Source of the DNA: an uncultured Bacteroidales bacterium
GTDB lineage: Bacteria; Bacteroidota; Bacteroidia; Bacteroidales; P3
Direction of reading: 5' to 3'
Assembly (NCBI GenBank): GCA_900314925.1
Contig: OMXC01000005.1
Span: 34,346 to 98,345 of the forward strand
DNA: 64,000 nt
Under the pieces are notes generated by a model. That model searched no databases, was not told the origin of the DNA, and worked only from the letters and a program-made list of their open reading frames with translations. This document shows, piece after piece, positions 13,412 through 22,273 of the stretch. Every line of letters begins with the position of its first letter. Position 1 is the stretch's first letter. The position numbers and the translations under genes are program-made.

Positions 13412-13493
13412 TGGGGGAGGGTGGACTCGAACCACCGAACTCTTCCGAGGACAGATTTACAGTCTGTTGCAATTGCCGCTATGCGACTCCCCC
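13412..13493 (-). tRNA. tRNA-Tyr (anticodon GTA)
   Basis: Reverse complement GGGGGAGTCGCATAGCGG..AGACTGTAAATCT.. followed by a long variable arm, then ..GGTTCGAGTCC..CTCCCCC. Confidence 0.9.
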
Positions 13494-13537
13494 TTTATGT
13501 TTGTCCGACTGCTCAGCATCGAGAGCGCCGGACCACG

Positions 13538-13610
13538 AGCCGATGAAGGGACTCGAACCCCCGACAGGCTGATTACAAATCAGCTACTCTACCAACTGAG
13601 TTACATCGGC
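13538..13610 (-). tRNA. tRNA-Thr (anticodon TGT)
   Basis: Reverse complement GCCGATGTAACTCAGTTGGTAGAG..CTGATTTGTAATCAG..GGTTCGAGTCC..CATCGGC. Confidence 0.9.
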
Positions 13611-13666
13611 TTCTATCACCTTTTCAATCCACTCTTCATCAGTCGTCACTTCGACTTTTGAGGCTG

Positions 13667-13674
13667 CAAAGATA
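13667..13674 (-). promoter_or_regulatory. Bacteroidota -7 promoter box (TATCTTTG) for the tRNA-tuf operon
   Basis: The minus strand reads gtagTATCTTTGcagcc about 57 nt upstream of the first tRNA-Thr. It matches the TAnnTTTG consensus. Confidence 0.6.
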
Positions 13675-13945
13675 CTACTTTTTCACATTCCAGCAAAGAA
13701 AAATTTACTTTTTTTTCAAACGAAAAACTCAAACCATTGATTTCCAACACTCTCTGTGTTGAAATTTTTCCGCATCCCAGCTCCTCTTCCCCACGCAAAA
13801 CACCTTTCATCCACTCCCGCAACACAATTTTGCACCACTCGACACCAACCAAAACCGCCACACCAACGCAACCGTCTGCCACACAGCATCATAGCCACAA
13901 TAAAACCACCCAAACCCTTGCCACACCTGCCACAACAGCACCTTA

Positions 13946-13978
13946 ACGGCTACTAAACGGCTACAAGACGGCTACAAG
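13946..13978 (+). repeat. 11-bp tandem array, three units ACGGCTAC(T/A)A(A/G)
   Basis: acggctactaa acggctacaag acggctacaag, read directly from the sequence. Confidence 0.9.
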
Positions 13979-14171
13979 ACAGCATGGACATCCCGCAAAA
14001 AAAACACACGCCAAACACCCTTAAACACCAAAATCATCCATTATCGGCACCAAAACTCCGCAATCGTCAGGCAGCCACGAAAAACCTCCGTACCTTTGCA
14101 CCGCAATTCCACGCAAGAGCCCCTTGACATACTGAGAAACCAATCAAATAACACACAACCCGCCGACGGCA

Positions 14172-14205
14172 GAGCAAAACAAGGGGCGCAGCAATCTGCG
14201 CCCCC
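14172..14205 (-). terminator. Rho-independent terminator of hpf
   Basis: The minus strand has GGGGCGCAG-attg-CTGCGCCCC followed by TTGTTTTG, about 40 nt after the hpf stop. Confidence 0.75.
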
Positions 14206-14241
14206 TGTCTGCTTCTGCCTTCTTGACGCACACGTCGCGCC

Positions 14242-14529
14242 TCAGGCATTCTTGTACTTCTCAATCTGCACCTTCATCGCATCCACACAGTCGGCCACAG
14301 CCTGCTCAAAGGTGTCGGCCTGTTTGGCTATGAAGAGGTCGTTGCCAGGCACACAGAGGCGCAACTCGGCAATCTTGTTGTTGTGACTCTCGGGCTTGTC
14401 GACCTTGAGGGTCACCTCGCAACGCACGGCGTTGTCTATCATGCGGTCCAACTTCGAGACCTTCTCGTTGATGAATTTCTCCAGTTTCTCGTCGGCCGTA
14501 AACTTCGCGGCATTGATGATTGTGTTCAT
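14242..14529 (-). CDS. hpf: Ribosome hibernation/ribosome-associated inhibitor (HPF/RaiA family, short form)
   Basis: 95 aa. The sequence is sigma-54-modulation/HPF-like (KFINEKVSKLDRM...VTLKVDK...AELRL.VPG..LFA). Its position next to the tRNA-tuf cluster is typical of Bacteroidales. Confidence 0.85.
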   Translation of the reverse strand: MNTIINAAKFTADEKLEKFINEKVSKLDRMIDNAVRCEVTLKVDKPESHNNKIAELRLCVPGNDLFIAKQADTFEQAVADCVDAMKVQIEKYKNA

Positions 14530-14580
14530 AATATCCTCCTTTTTATTATATGATGGTTTGTATTATAAGTGTTCAGCATC

Positions 14581-14636
14581 TATTCACTATCCACTATCCA
14601 CTATTCACTATCCACTATCCACTTCTCACTTCCTCC
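14581..14636. repeat. 7-bp tandem array (TATCCAC/TATTCAC, ~8 units; 21-bp super-unit x2)
   Basis: tattcac tatccac tatccac tattcac tatccac tatccac ttctcac ttcctcc. The array abuts and overlaps the recombinase stop codon. Confidence 0.9.
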
Positions 14637-15522
14637 TGCTCCTCGGGTGCGCATGCTTGTACTCCTCTTTCAGGTGCTCGCGCGTGACGTGGGTGTACAC
14701 CTCCGTGGTGGCGAGGTTCTCGTGCCCCAGCAGCTCCTTGATGGCCTGTATGTTGCCTCCCTCGGCCAGGATATGCGTGGCGAACGAGTGGCGGAACACA
14801 TGCGGCGACACGCGGTCGGCGTTGCTCAGGCCTGCCATGTACTTGCGCACGATGTTGTACACCATCGCCGCGCTCACCGGCTTCCCCTTGGCGTTGACGA
14901 AGAGCCGTTCGGTCTCACCCACCGTCTGCCTCTTTAACGCAATATAGTCGGAAATATTGTGTGCCAACTCAATTTCTATCGGCACCACCCTCTCTTTGTT
15001 GCGTTTGCCGAGCACCTTTATCGTCAGCGCCCCCAGGTCCACGGAGCCCTCGCGGAGGGCTGCCAGCTCGCTGCGCCGCATGCCTGTCTCGTAGAGCATG
15101 CGCAGCATCAGGGCGTCGCGACGCCCCGTGAAGTCGGTGCCGAAGAGGCCTTCGTCGTACAGGTGCTCCGTCTCGCTCTCCTTGAAGAACACCGGCAGGT
15201 GCTTGGGCTGGCGCGGAGGCGACACCTTGGCCATAAGGTCGGCCTCCAGGAACCCGCTGCGGCGCAGCCACCGCAGCCAGCTGCTCACCGACGACAGGCG
15301 GCGGCGCACCGTCCCAGCGGCCTCGCCGGCACCGAGGTGCTCCATCTGCCAGCCCCGGATGTCGCGTGCCGACAGGTCGTCCAGCTCCGTCACCTCCAAC
15401 GGCAGCAGGTAAGCCTGCAGGTCGCGCAGGTCACCCTCGTAGTTGCGCACCGTCCCAGCCGCCATGCGGCGCTCAACGGCGATATAATCAACAAAACGGT
15501 CTATGGCTTCAGCTATTTTCAT
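14626..15522 (-). CDS. Tyrosine site-specific recombinase (XerC/XerD-like)
   Basis: The C-terminal catalytic region contains HVFRHSFATHIL and LGHENLATTEVYTHV (R..H-x-x-R..Y). I place the start at MKIAEAID (15522) because the longer ORF start at 15564 would overlap the upstream ATPase gene. Confidence 0.85.
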   Translation of the reverse strand: MKIAEAIDRFVDYIAVERRMAAGTVRNYEGDLRDLQAYLLPLEVTELDDLSARDIRGWQMEHLGAGEAAGTVRRRLSSVSSWLRWLRRSGFLEADLMAKVSPPRQPKHLPVFFKESETEHLYDEGLFGTDFTGRRDALMLRMLYETGMRRSELAALREGSVDLGALTIKVLGKRNKERVVPIEIELAHNISDYIALKRQTVGETERLFVNAKGKPVSAAMVYNIVRKYMAGLSNADRVSPHVFRHSFATHILAEGGNIQAIKELLGHENLATTEVYTHVTREHLKEEYKHAHPRSRRK

Positions 15523-15526
15523 GTCC

Positions 15527-16654
15527 TTAAAGCCGCTTGAGCCACAAGTCCATAAAACGGTCATATACTATGTAACCGTCGTTCAGCCTATACACAAGTT
15601 CCTTGTCGAGAAGTGTCTCAAGCGCAGCTTTAACACTACTTGCTCCCATAAGCCTGTATTTCCCCAGAAACGCCTTACCCGTCAACTCTTTGGCAACGCC
15701 CTCCTTTGCGATAGCTTTGAGCAGCGCAAACTGATTGGCGCTCAGGAACTGCGTCAGGCTCTCATACTGCGGAGCCTTCCCCGCCGTCACCGACATCACT
15801 GTGTCGCGCAGCTGTTCCATGGCGTCCACTCTTTTGTACCCTTCATACAACCTGTTCAATACTGACTGTACATACCATGTATATCCGTCAAATAATGTAT
15901 ACAACTCATGGAACACACACTCGTCAAGTCCGCCACCCCTAGCCTCAAAGAATCCTTTGGCAAACAAGTAGTATGTCTCTTCATCCAGTGGTCCTAAGCT
16001 CAGTATGTCAGTACTTTGGTAGAACGGTCGCTGTGGCGACAGGAACATCTCCGACATCATGTGTTGCTTGCTGCCTGAGAATATAAAATGAATGTTCCTC
16101 ATGAACTGTATGTGAGACCTGAGCAGCGCTTCTGTTCCTGTTTCTGGATAATATGCTATCTGCTGGAACTCATCTATGGCCACAAAAACCTCTTTTCCCA
16201 GACGGTTCAACTGTGTGAGAATGCCTTTCAGCGACATCTCTGACTGTGCCGGGTCGATATTCACCGTCACATTGGGCATACCTGTTATGCTGTCTATGCC
16301 CACCACCGGCCTTAAGGCTCCGAAAACATCCAACATCCTTTTCCCCAACGTTCTGCCTTTCGATAGCGCATCACTCAACACCGCCGAGCCGAGCATATTG
16401 ACCAGTTCATGCTGATTTTTGGTCGGGAAAATATCTATATATATGCATATAGCATCTTTATTCTCACTTTTAATCTTGTGGAAAACATTCCAAATAAGCC
16501 CCGTTTTACCCAATCTTCTAGGTGAAATAAGTGTAATATTTCGTCCGTTATACAGCGTTGACATTACTGTTTTAGTCTCTTCCTCACGGCCGCAAAAGAA
16601 TTCTGGGCTTTCGTAACCCTGACAAATAAAGGGATTTATAATCTTTTTTTTCAT
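15527..16654 (-). CDS. AAA-type ATP-binding protein (archaeal-ATPase/DUF234-like)
   Basis: 375 aa. Walker A is SPRRLGKTGL and Walker B-like is FVAIDEFQ. The architecture is typical of the widespread Bacteroidales ATP-binding protein family. Confidence 0.7.
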   Translation of the reverse strand: MKKKIINPFICQGYESPEFFCGREEETKTVMSTLYNGRNITLISPRRLGKTGLIWNVFHKIKSENKDAICIYIDIFPTKNQHELVNMLGSAVLSDALSKGRTLGKRMLDVFGALRPVVGIDSITGMPNVTVNIDPAQSEMSLKGILTQLNRLGKEVFVAIDEFQQIAYYPETGTEALLRSHIQFMRNIHFIFSGSKQHMMSEMFLSPQRPFYQSTDILSLGPLDEETYYLFAKGFFEARGGGLDECVFHELYTLFDGYTWYVQSVLNRLYEGYKRVDAMEQLRDTVMSVTAGKAPQYESLTQFLSANQFALLKAIAKEGVAKELTGKAFLGKYRLMGASSVKAALETLLDKELVYRLNDGYIVYDRFMDLWLKRL

Positions 16655-16718
16655 ATCTCGGTCTTTTATAGTTGCTTATGCTGCATTACGTAAATCTTGT
16701 AACGTAAATTATGTAATG

Positions 16719-16726
16719 CAAAGATA
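16719..16726 (-). promoter_or_regulatory. -7 promoter box (TATCTTTG) upstream of the ATPase gene
   Basis: The minus strand reads gttgTATCTTTGcat about 65 nt upstream of the start at 16654. Confidence 0.55.
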
Positions 16727-16780
16727 CAACTTTTTTCCCACATAACGCAAAAAATGTGCCACCCACATTGTGAACCACAC

Positions 16781-16821
16781 AAAAAACAGCGGCGGGAGGC
16801 TCACCAAAAAACCTCCCGCCG
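16781..16821 (-). terminator. Rho-independent terminator after the lipoprotein/S8 operon
   Basis: The minus strand has CGGCGGGAGG..loop..CCTCCCGCCG followed by CTGTTTTTTG. Confidence 0.75.
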
Positions 16822-16846
16822 ACAAAATTTACACGCCTACGATAGT

Positions 16847-17539
16847 CTACTTATATTCATGAATGTGACGCACAAAACCCGGGGTGATAAAAACAGTATC
16901 CAACACTCTTCTTTCCTTTATAATATTACATGCAGCCACAGCACTTACTAAGGGATGATTACCAACATACAATCTATAGGAAGGAATACTATGTTGAAGA
17001 CTATATCCCAACGAATTGGCAATACTTTCAATTATTCTTTCCTCTTCTTCATGACCTGGTGAAACCATTACTTGAACTCCGGGACCATAGAGCTCCAGAC
17101 TTCCTCCATTTCTATATACCGGCTCTATTGCCAAGATACCTTCTACTCGCTTTAATTCTTCAATAGCAGTAACCCTATTTCTATTCTCAAACAAAACAAC
17201 CATTCCTTTCAGAGAGTCTGTCTGGCTAACAGGAAAACTCACAGGCAATACTGGACAATAACCACTTGGAAGATTATTGAGAGGATTCTCACCATAATGA
17301 TAATAAACACATAACATACTATCAATACGATTGAGGTCTCTTCGCTCATCAACATCATACAAATAGGTGTCATCACCCCTCGTGAGGGCGCCCTCCGGCC
17401 AGCCGTTGTTAGTCTGCGTGACAACTCTTGGGGTGTCCTTTACTGCATTTGCATCGTCCTTGCTGCAAGCCGACACCGCAACACTTACAATGATGGCAAG
17501 TACCGCCATGCTTAAAACTGTCTTTTTCATAATATTCAT
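16847..17539 (-). CDS. Hypothetical lipoprotein
   Basis: 230 aa with a signal peptide and lipobox (AVSAC). No recognisable family. Confidence 0.6.
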   Translation of the reverse strand: MNIMKKTVLSMAVLAIIVSVAVSACSKDDANAVKDTPRVVTQTNNGWPEGALTRGDDTYLYDVDERRDLNRIDSMLCVYYHYGENPLNNLPSGYCPVLPVSFPVSQTDSLKGMVVLFENRNRVTAIEELKRVEGILAIEPVYRNGGSLELYGPGVQVMVSPGHEEEERIIESIANSLGYSLQHSIPSYRLYVGNHPLVSAVAACNIIKERRVLDTVFITPGFVRHIHEYK

Positions 17540-17563
17540 GTTTTATGGTTAAACATCGGTGTT

Positions 17564-19969
17564 TCAGTACACCACTATTTTGTTCATCCCTATCATCTTG
17601 TCGCCAGCGTTGACGAAGACATAGTAATTGCCAGCCGGTCTTTCGCTAAGGTCCACCTCCTGGCTGGTGCCACGTAGCATCTCACGCACCACTACATTGC
17701 CATACATGTCGGTAATCACAAGCATTGCGTTCTGGGGCAATTCGTCAATGTCTATTCCTATGGTCGTATGGCCGTCCGTCGGGTTAGGTGTTGCATTTAT
17801 GCCCGGATGCGGTGGAAGTTCAGGGTCAATTATTACGTGAGGCTCCTCATAGTTTATATAGGTCTTCCCCGCTACCAGGCGGTTCCCCTCAACGAACATA
17901 TCAAAAGGAATGTTGTAACCATTATAATCGTGTATCTCGTTAGGATCATCACCTATCACAGCGGCGAAGGTGATATACCATGTCCCTGTCTGATTGGCAG
18001 GAAATATATTCCTCAAGTCAAGGGTGATGACAAACGTCTGACTGCCACCATTGCCGGCTATCGTCACCGGCGTCGTCGATGACGGCGTCAGATAGGTGCC
18101 GTAGGGGAACGACTGCGGCCATGTCAGCTGTTCTGTAGAATAGGTGTGGTAATACAGCTTCACGTCAGCCGGATCTATTGTGACGCTTGACGACCCGTAG
18201 TTGTGAAGCGTGACGTTCACATTGTACAACGAACCATACGACACCCTATCCACCTCATAGGTGTTCGTGGCATCTTTAGCTACAATGCTGGGGCTATTGA
18301 ACGTCGTGCTGTACGCCGTGGGCTCCACGCCATTGTCGCCACCGTTGTCCTTGACGACCAATCCAGGGGTGAGAGAAATGTCGCGTGCCATCTCAACAGC
18401 ACGAGCAGAATTTATCTCGCCATACCCAAGCTCAACATTCCATGTGCCATCGGGATGGTTGGCATAATTACCAAACGTATAGTCTGGCGACTTATACGCT
18501 GTGTGCTTCAATATCCAATCAACCTGTTCGCGAGTAAGGTCCGGGTTTGCAGAAAGCATCAATGCCACAACACCTGCCACATGTGCAGAAGCCACTCCTA
18601 CGACCCCCGATAGATTGCTGATAAAATAGTAATCGTATGAAGGGTATGAATCTGTTGTAAGTATATTTTCACCTGGTGCAACAATATCCAATTTACTTCC
18701 GTAACACGAATAATAACTTAAATCATGATCATCCCGTGTCGCTCCAACCACAATAAATCTATCGTCATAGTATGCTGGGTATACGATAGAATCGGACTGT
18801 CCTTTTCCTCCTGCCGAGAAAACAAAAATTGTTCCCTTACCATTTCTGCCATTGTTCAAAACATAATCGAGGGTATTATCCATTAAATAATTCTGATATT
18901 CAACACTCTCGCTAATTTCCGTATAATCCCATGGGCACAAAATAATGTCAACATTGCTGTTGGACAAAGCATAAGATACCGCGGTTACAAACATACTTAC
19001 AAAATCCTCATCCAACGTAATACCGCCGCCATAATATGTGCTGAAGAAACTAATATCAAACAAACTTGCCTTGGGGGCTATACCGGCAATGTCATTATTG
19101 CTATGATCCGAGAAAATAACTCCCGCCATTTGCGTTCCATGATGGCCATATATTTCTGACGGCATGGATATCAAGCCTGAATAAATATCAATAGAAGTAT
19201 GGGAGAGAGAATCAAACTCATAATGATTTGTATCCACACCATCATCAATCAGGGCAATCTTTACTCCATTACCGCGGATTCCTTCAGCCCATATATCATA
19301 CAAATCGGTTATTGACCATTGGTTCGATATCAGGTTGTCCGATGGCCCGGGGCTGTTGCTACGCTGCTGTGAATTGATATGGATGGTGTATACAATATTG
19401 GGAGCAACTCCTTTGAAAAGCCCTGTTTCACCATACACGATAGACATCTGAAGAGCATCACCTGCGTTTTTGTTTGTAGAAAGCCCATACCAATAGAAAT
19501 CATGTTCGACATCCTTCCAAAGCACACCATCGTATGTCACCATGGTCTGTTCTGCCAAGTTCTTTAGAATACTCGTATCTGACAACGAATTAAGTTGTAC
19601 AAAAAATCTATTAGATATAAGCGTACTCCCTCTTTCTCCGATTACTGGCTCTACGTCAAAGACATATGGTAATCTCTTAAGGTCGGCAATAAATGTCTCA
19701 TAATTGTTATTTCCGGTGCTTATTACAAAGGCATACAGCGAATCAGCTTTCTGCTCATTCATACGCATCTCCTTTTCAACAGTGTATATGCGATTTATTT
19801 CATCTAAGCTAATCTGGGCCTTATTGAAATACACAAGCAAAGCAGTTGTATTGACCGAGATTTCCTTTCGTGCACCATCATAGAAGTAATATCCTGTTTT
19901 GGTGCTCTGTGCATGTGCGCATAATGCGCATAATGCAACAAATGTAAATAAAAGCAATGTCTTTTTCAT
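17564..19969 (-). CDS. Subtilisin-like (S8 family) protein with T9SS C-terminal sorting domain; catalytic Ser and oxyanion Asn motifs degenerate
   Basis: 801 aa with a signal peptide. The Asp motif is IALIDDGVD and the His motif is HGTQMAGVI. AAGN is replaced by SAGG, and GTSMAxPHVAG by VVGVASAHVAG. The C-terminus (LVITDMYGNVVV...NYYVFVNAGDKMIGMNKIVVY) resembles a Por secretion tail. Confidence 0.75.
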   Translation of the reverse strand: MKKTLLLFTFVALCALCAHAQSTKTGYYFYDGARKEISVNTTALLVYFNKAQISLDEINRIYTVEKEMRMNEQKADSLYAFVISTGNNNYETFIADLKRLPYVFDVEPVIGERGSTLISNRFFVQLNSLSDTSILKNLAEQTMVTYDGVLWKDVEHDFYWYGLSTNKNAGDALQMSIVYGETGLFKGVAPNIVYTIHINSQQRSNSPGPSDNLISNQWSITDLYDIWAEGIRGNGVKIALIDDGVDTNHYEFDSLSHTSIDIYSGLISMPSEIYGHHGTQMAGVIFSDHSNNDIAGIAPKASLFDISFFSTYYGGGITLDEDFVSMFVTAVSYALSNSNVDIILCPWDYTEISESVEYQNYLMDNTLDYVLNNGRNGKGTIFVFSAGGKGQSDSIVYPAYYDDRFIVVGATRDDHDLSYYSCYGSKLDIVAPGENILTTDSYPSYDYYFISNLSGVVGVASAHVAGVVALMLSANPDLTREQVDWILKHTAYKSPDYTFGNYANHPDGTWNVELGYGEINSARAVEMARDISLTPGLVVKDNGGDNGVEPTAYSTTFNSPSIVAKDATNTYEVDRVSYGSLYNVNVTLHNYGSSSVTIDPADVKLYYHTYSTEQLTWPQSFPYGTYLTPSSTTPVTIAGNGGSQTFVITLDLRNIFPANQTGTWYITFAAVIGDDPNEIHDYNGYNIPFDMFVEGNRLVAGKTYINYEEPHVIIDPELPPHPGINATPNPTDGHTTIGIDIDELPQNAMLVITDMYGNVVVREMLRGTSQEVDLSERPAGNYYVFVNAGDKMIGMNKIVVY

Positions 19970-19975
19970 AGTTAC

Positions 19976-20809
19976 TTAGTTTCTGGTATATATATAGGGC
20001 ATAATATTATAACCATTATAGTGGAATACCAACATTGTATCCTGGCTCCACTCATATGCACGGAACTTCAAACTTTTATAAACATTCGGTTCATATACTG
20101 AGAAGAACATGTCTGATACAATCTCATACGGGATAGTTTCGTTTGGGGTAGTATTGTTTACTATTGTTATAGTATCACTCGTTATTCGCAACATAGGACT
20201 GCCACTATTTAATGGTGTACCCGGCTCTATCTTATAGAAGTCGTATATCTGTTCCCATGTCATTGTCAGGATACCGTACTGGGGGTCGAGATCCACTCCG
20301 GCCGCCCCGGGAGCCAGAGTGACAACACGGTCCATGCTCTTCGTCCATTCGCCTGGAAGATATTGCTGCAGCGGTTGATAGACAAAGCCGTTGGGCGCGA
20401 CGCCTGTCGGCGGTGCCAGCTTGCTGGCGACGCAGATGTACTTGCTTTCCTCTTCGTCGTACCACATCGTGACGTCATAGCCTTCGTTGAAGCGGGCGTC
20501 GACCCAAGCCATGGCGGCGTCGCGGCTCTCGGTGGCGTACATCTGGCGCTCCTTGGCGTAGTTGGTGCCGCTGCCGTGGGCTATGTTGACGAGGTGTCCC
20601 TCGGCGGCGCGGTCCAGGCACTCGCCGAGCAGCGCCTGCCACTCCGCCGTGCCCTCGACGGTGACATGCTGACGGGTGTTGTCGATGCTGTATTCCACCG
20701 CGCGCACGCTGTTCACCGGCGCCACACGTGTGGCCTCTTCCTTCTGGCATCCTGCCGCCAGCACCATCATCGCGGCGGCCAGGACCATTGCTATTGTTCT
20801 CTTTTTCAT
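19976..20809 (-). CDS. Hypothetical lipoprotein
   Basis: 277 aa with a signal peptide and lipobox (LAAGC). Lies 6 nt upstream of the S8 gene. Confidence 0.6.
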   Translation of the reverse strand: MKKRTIAMVLAAAMMVLAAGCQKEEATRVAPVNSVRAVEYSIDNTRQHVTVEGTAEWQALLGECLDRAAEGHLVNIAHGSGTNYAKERQMYATESRDAAMAWVDARFNEGYDVTMWYDEEESKYICVASKLAPPTGVAPNGFVYQPLQQYLPGEWTKSMDRVVTLAPGAAGVDLDPQYGILTMTWEQIYDFYKIEPGTPLNSGSPMLRITSDTITIVNNTTPNETIPYEIVSDMFFSVYEPNVYKSLKFRAYEWSQDTMLVFHYNGYNIMPYIYTRN

Positions 20810-20837
20810 ATCTGTGCTGTTTTTAGTGTTTGCTGTC

Positions 20838-21314
20838 TTACTTGATGTTGTTCTCCATGTTGCGGTGCAGCACCGTGTGCATGTCGGCCTCCGAGGCGGC
20901 GTGGATGATGCTCACCGTGCGGTTGAGGTAGGAGACCACCTTCATGTCGTTGGCCTCGTCGCCACCCGCACCGCGGTAGCGGCCCACGGTGACGATGTCC
21001 TCGCCGGCGTCGATCTTGCGCTGCATGGCCTCCACGGGCTGCGGGGCGCGGAAGTCGTCCTGCAGGCGCTGCCAGGCCTCGCCGTCGGTGGCCGTAAGCA
21101 TGAGCATGTCGACATAGACGCTGTCGCCCTGTGCCGGGCCGCAGAAGACGCCCTTGTCGCGCAGCAGGGCCACCTGCAGGCCCTCCTGCGAGGCATAGCT
21201 GTCGTAGAGCCCGTCGAGGGCTCCCGCGGTGCCGCGCTGCATGCAGGCCTGCGCTATGGCGGTCACCGCCAGCACCGCCACGGCGGTGCGCATGATGTTA
21301 AGTATCTTCCTCAT
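20838..21314 (-). CDS. Hypothetical secreted protein of the ECF operon
   Basis: 158 aa with an N-terminal signal sequence. Its start overlaps the upstream gene stop by 4 nt. Confidence 0.55.
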   Translation of the reverse strand: MRKILNIMRTAVAVLAVTAIAQACMQRGTAGALDGLYDSYASQEGLQVALLRDKGVFCGPAQGDSVYVDMLMLTATDGEAWQRLQDDFRAPQPVEAMQRKIDAGEDIVTVGRYRGAGGDEANDMKVVSYLNRTVSIIHAASEADMHTVLHRNMENNIK

Positions 21315-21619
21315 ATCATTGTGTTTTGGCGGCAGCTGGCTATCACGCCGTCGGCCGCGGTTAATAACTCTTGTGTGTTGCAGGCGCTGTTGCAGCGGAG
21401 GTTCTGCTCCTGCCTGGCCGCGAGGGCCACGTTGACGCCGCCCACAGCCATGAGCATCGTCGCCAGCGCCGCCAGCGCGAGGCGGTAGTAGCGACGGCGG
21501 TCCGCGGCGTGTGCCGCCAGACGCCCGTCGAGCTCGTCGCAGCGCTCTGCCACGCTGCGCCGCAGCGCCCCCTGGCGCCCGGCGTCGGCGAGCAACCGGT
21601 CTATATAATCTTCTTTCAT
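21311..21619 (-). CDS. Putative single-pass membrane protein (anti-sigma-factor position)
   Basis: 102 aa with one TM helix (YYRLALAALATMLMAVGGVNVALAA). Overlaps the sigma gene stop by 4 nt. Confidence 0.5.
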   Translation of the reverse strand: MKEDYIDRLLADAGRQGALRRSVAERCDELDGRLAAHAADRRRYYRLALAALATMLMAVGGVNVALAARQEQNLRCNSACNTQELLTAADGVIASCRQNTMI

Positions 21620-22143
21620 GACGTTTGTATATTTGTATTATCCTGTATCTTGCCCAGGGCCTCGGCGCGGCGGCGCAGCTGCTCCACCAGGCGCTGGCGG
21701 CGCGACTTGACGGTGGCCAACGGCTCGCCGCAGCGTTCCGCTATCTCGGCCACGCTGTAGCCCTCGCGCAGCTGCCGCAGCAGGTCGGCGTAGAGCTCCG
21801 GCAGCCCCTCGGCCAGCTCGTCAACGAGCTCCGTGGCGGCATCGTCGCCGGCGGCGATGGTCTCCACCATGTGCTCGCTGAGCCTCACAAGCTCCGCCCG
21901 CTGCATGCGCCTGCGGCGCGACGTCACGGTGCGCGTCTGCCAGTAGACCCACAGCGCCTCGGGCCACATCCCCAGGTTGCCGCCGCACGCCAGGTAGCGC
22001 TCCCAGAGCCCTATGCGCACCTCCTGCGCCAGGTCCTTGAGGAGCTCGGCGTCGTCGGTCTGGCGCAGACACAGCGTGCGTATCATCCGCTCGTGCCTCA
22101 GCACCAGCTCGCTGTATCGGGTAAATAGTTCGCTGCGGTCCAT
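21616..22143 (-). CDS. RNA polymerase sigma-70 family ECF sigma factor
   Basis: 175 aa. Region 2-like sequence is DLAQEVRIGLWERY, and region 4 HTH is YSVAEIAERCGEPLATVKSRRQRL. Confidence 0.85.
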   Translation of the reverse strand: MDRSELFTRYSELVLRHERMIRTLCLRQTDDAELLKDLAQEVRIGLWERYLACGGNLGMWPEALWVYWQTRTVTSRRRRMQRAELVRLSEHMVETIAAGDDAATELVDELAEGLPELYADLLRQLREGYSVAEIAERCGEPLATVKSRRQRLVEQLRRRAEALGKIQDNTNIQTS

Positions 22144-22273
22144 AGTGATGCCCTTTCGCCTATAATAAGGGCATTTTCGACCTCAAAAGGATGCACAGCC
22201 CTATGGATTTAACATTATTTAAGACACTATGAGGGCTACCGGTATATATGTAACAATGATTGGCGCGTGGCGT

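Noticed and set aside
14581-14636. Whether the short tandem arrays (here and at 22590-22764, 30615-30662, 40101-40157 and 57755-57798) are CRISPR arrays.
   Set aside because: The units are 7-11 bp, directly adjacent, and have no unique spacers. No cas genes are in the window.
14626-15522. The tyrosine recombinase next to a tRNA cluster as the integrase of a genomic island.
   Set aside because: The recombinase-hpf-tRNA-tuf arrangement is a conserved core-genome neighbourhood in Bacteroidales, as far as I recall. No flanking direct repeats of a tRNA 3' end were found. The adjacent genes are not obviously mobile. A Xer-type housekeeping role is more likely, but I cannot verify this without comparative data.
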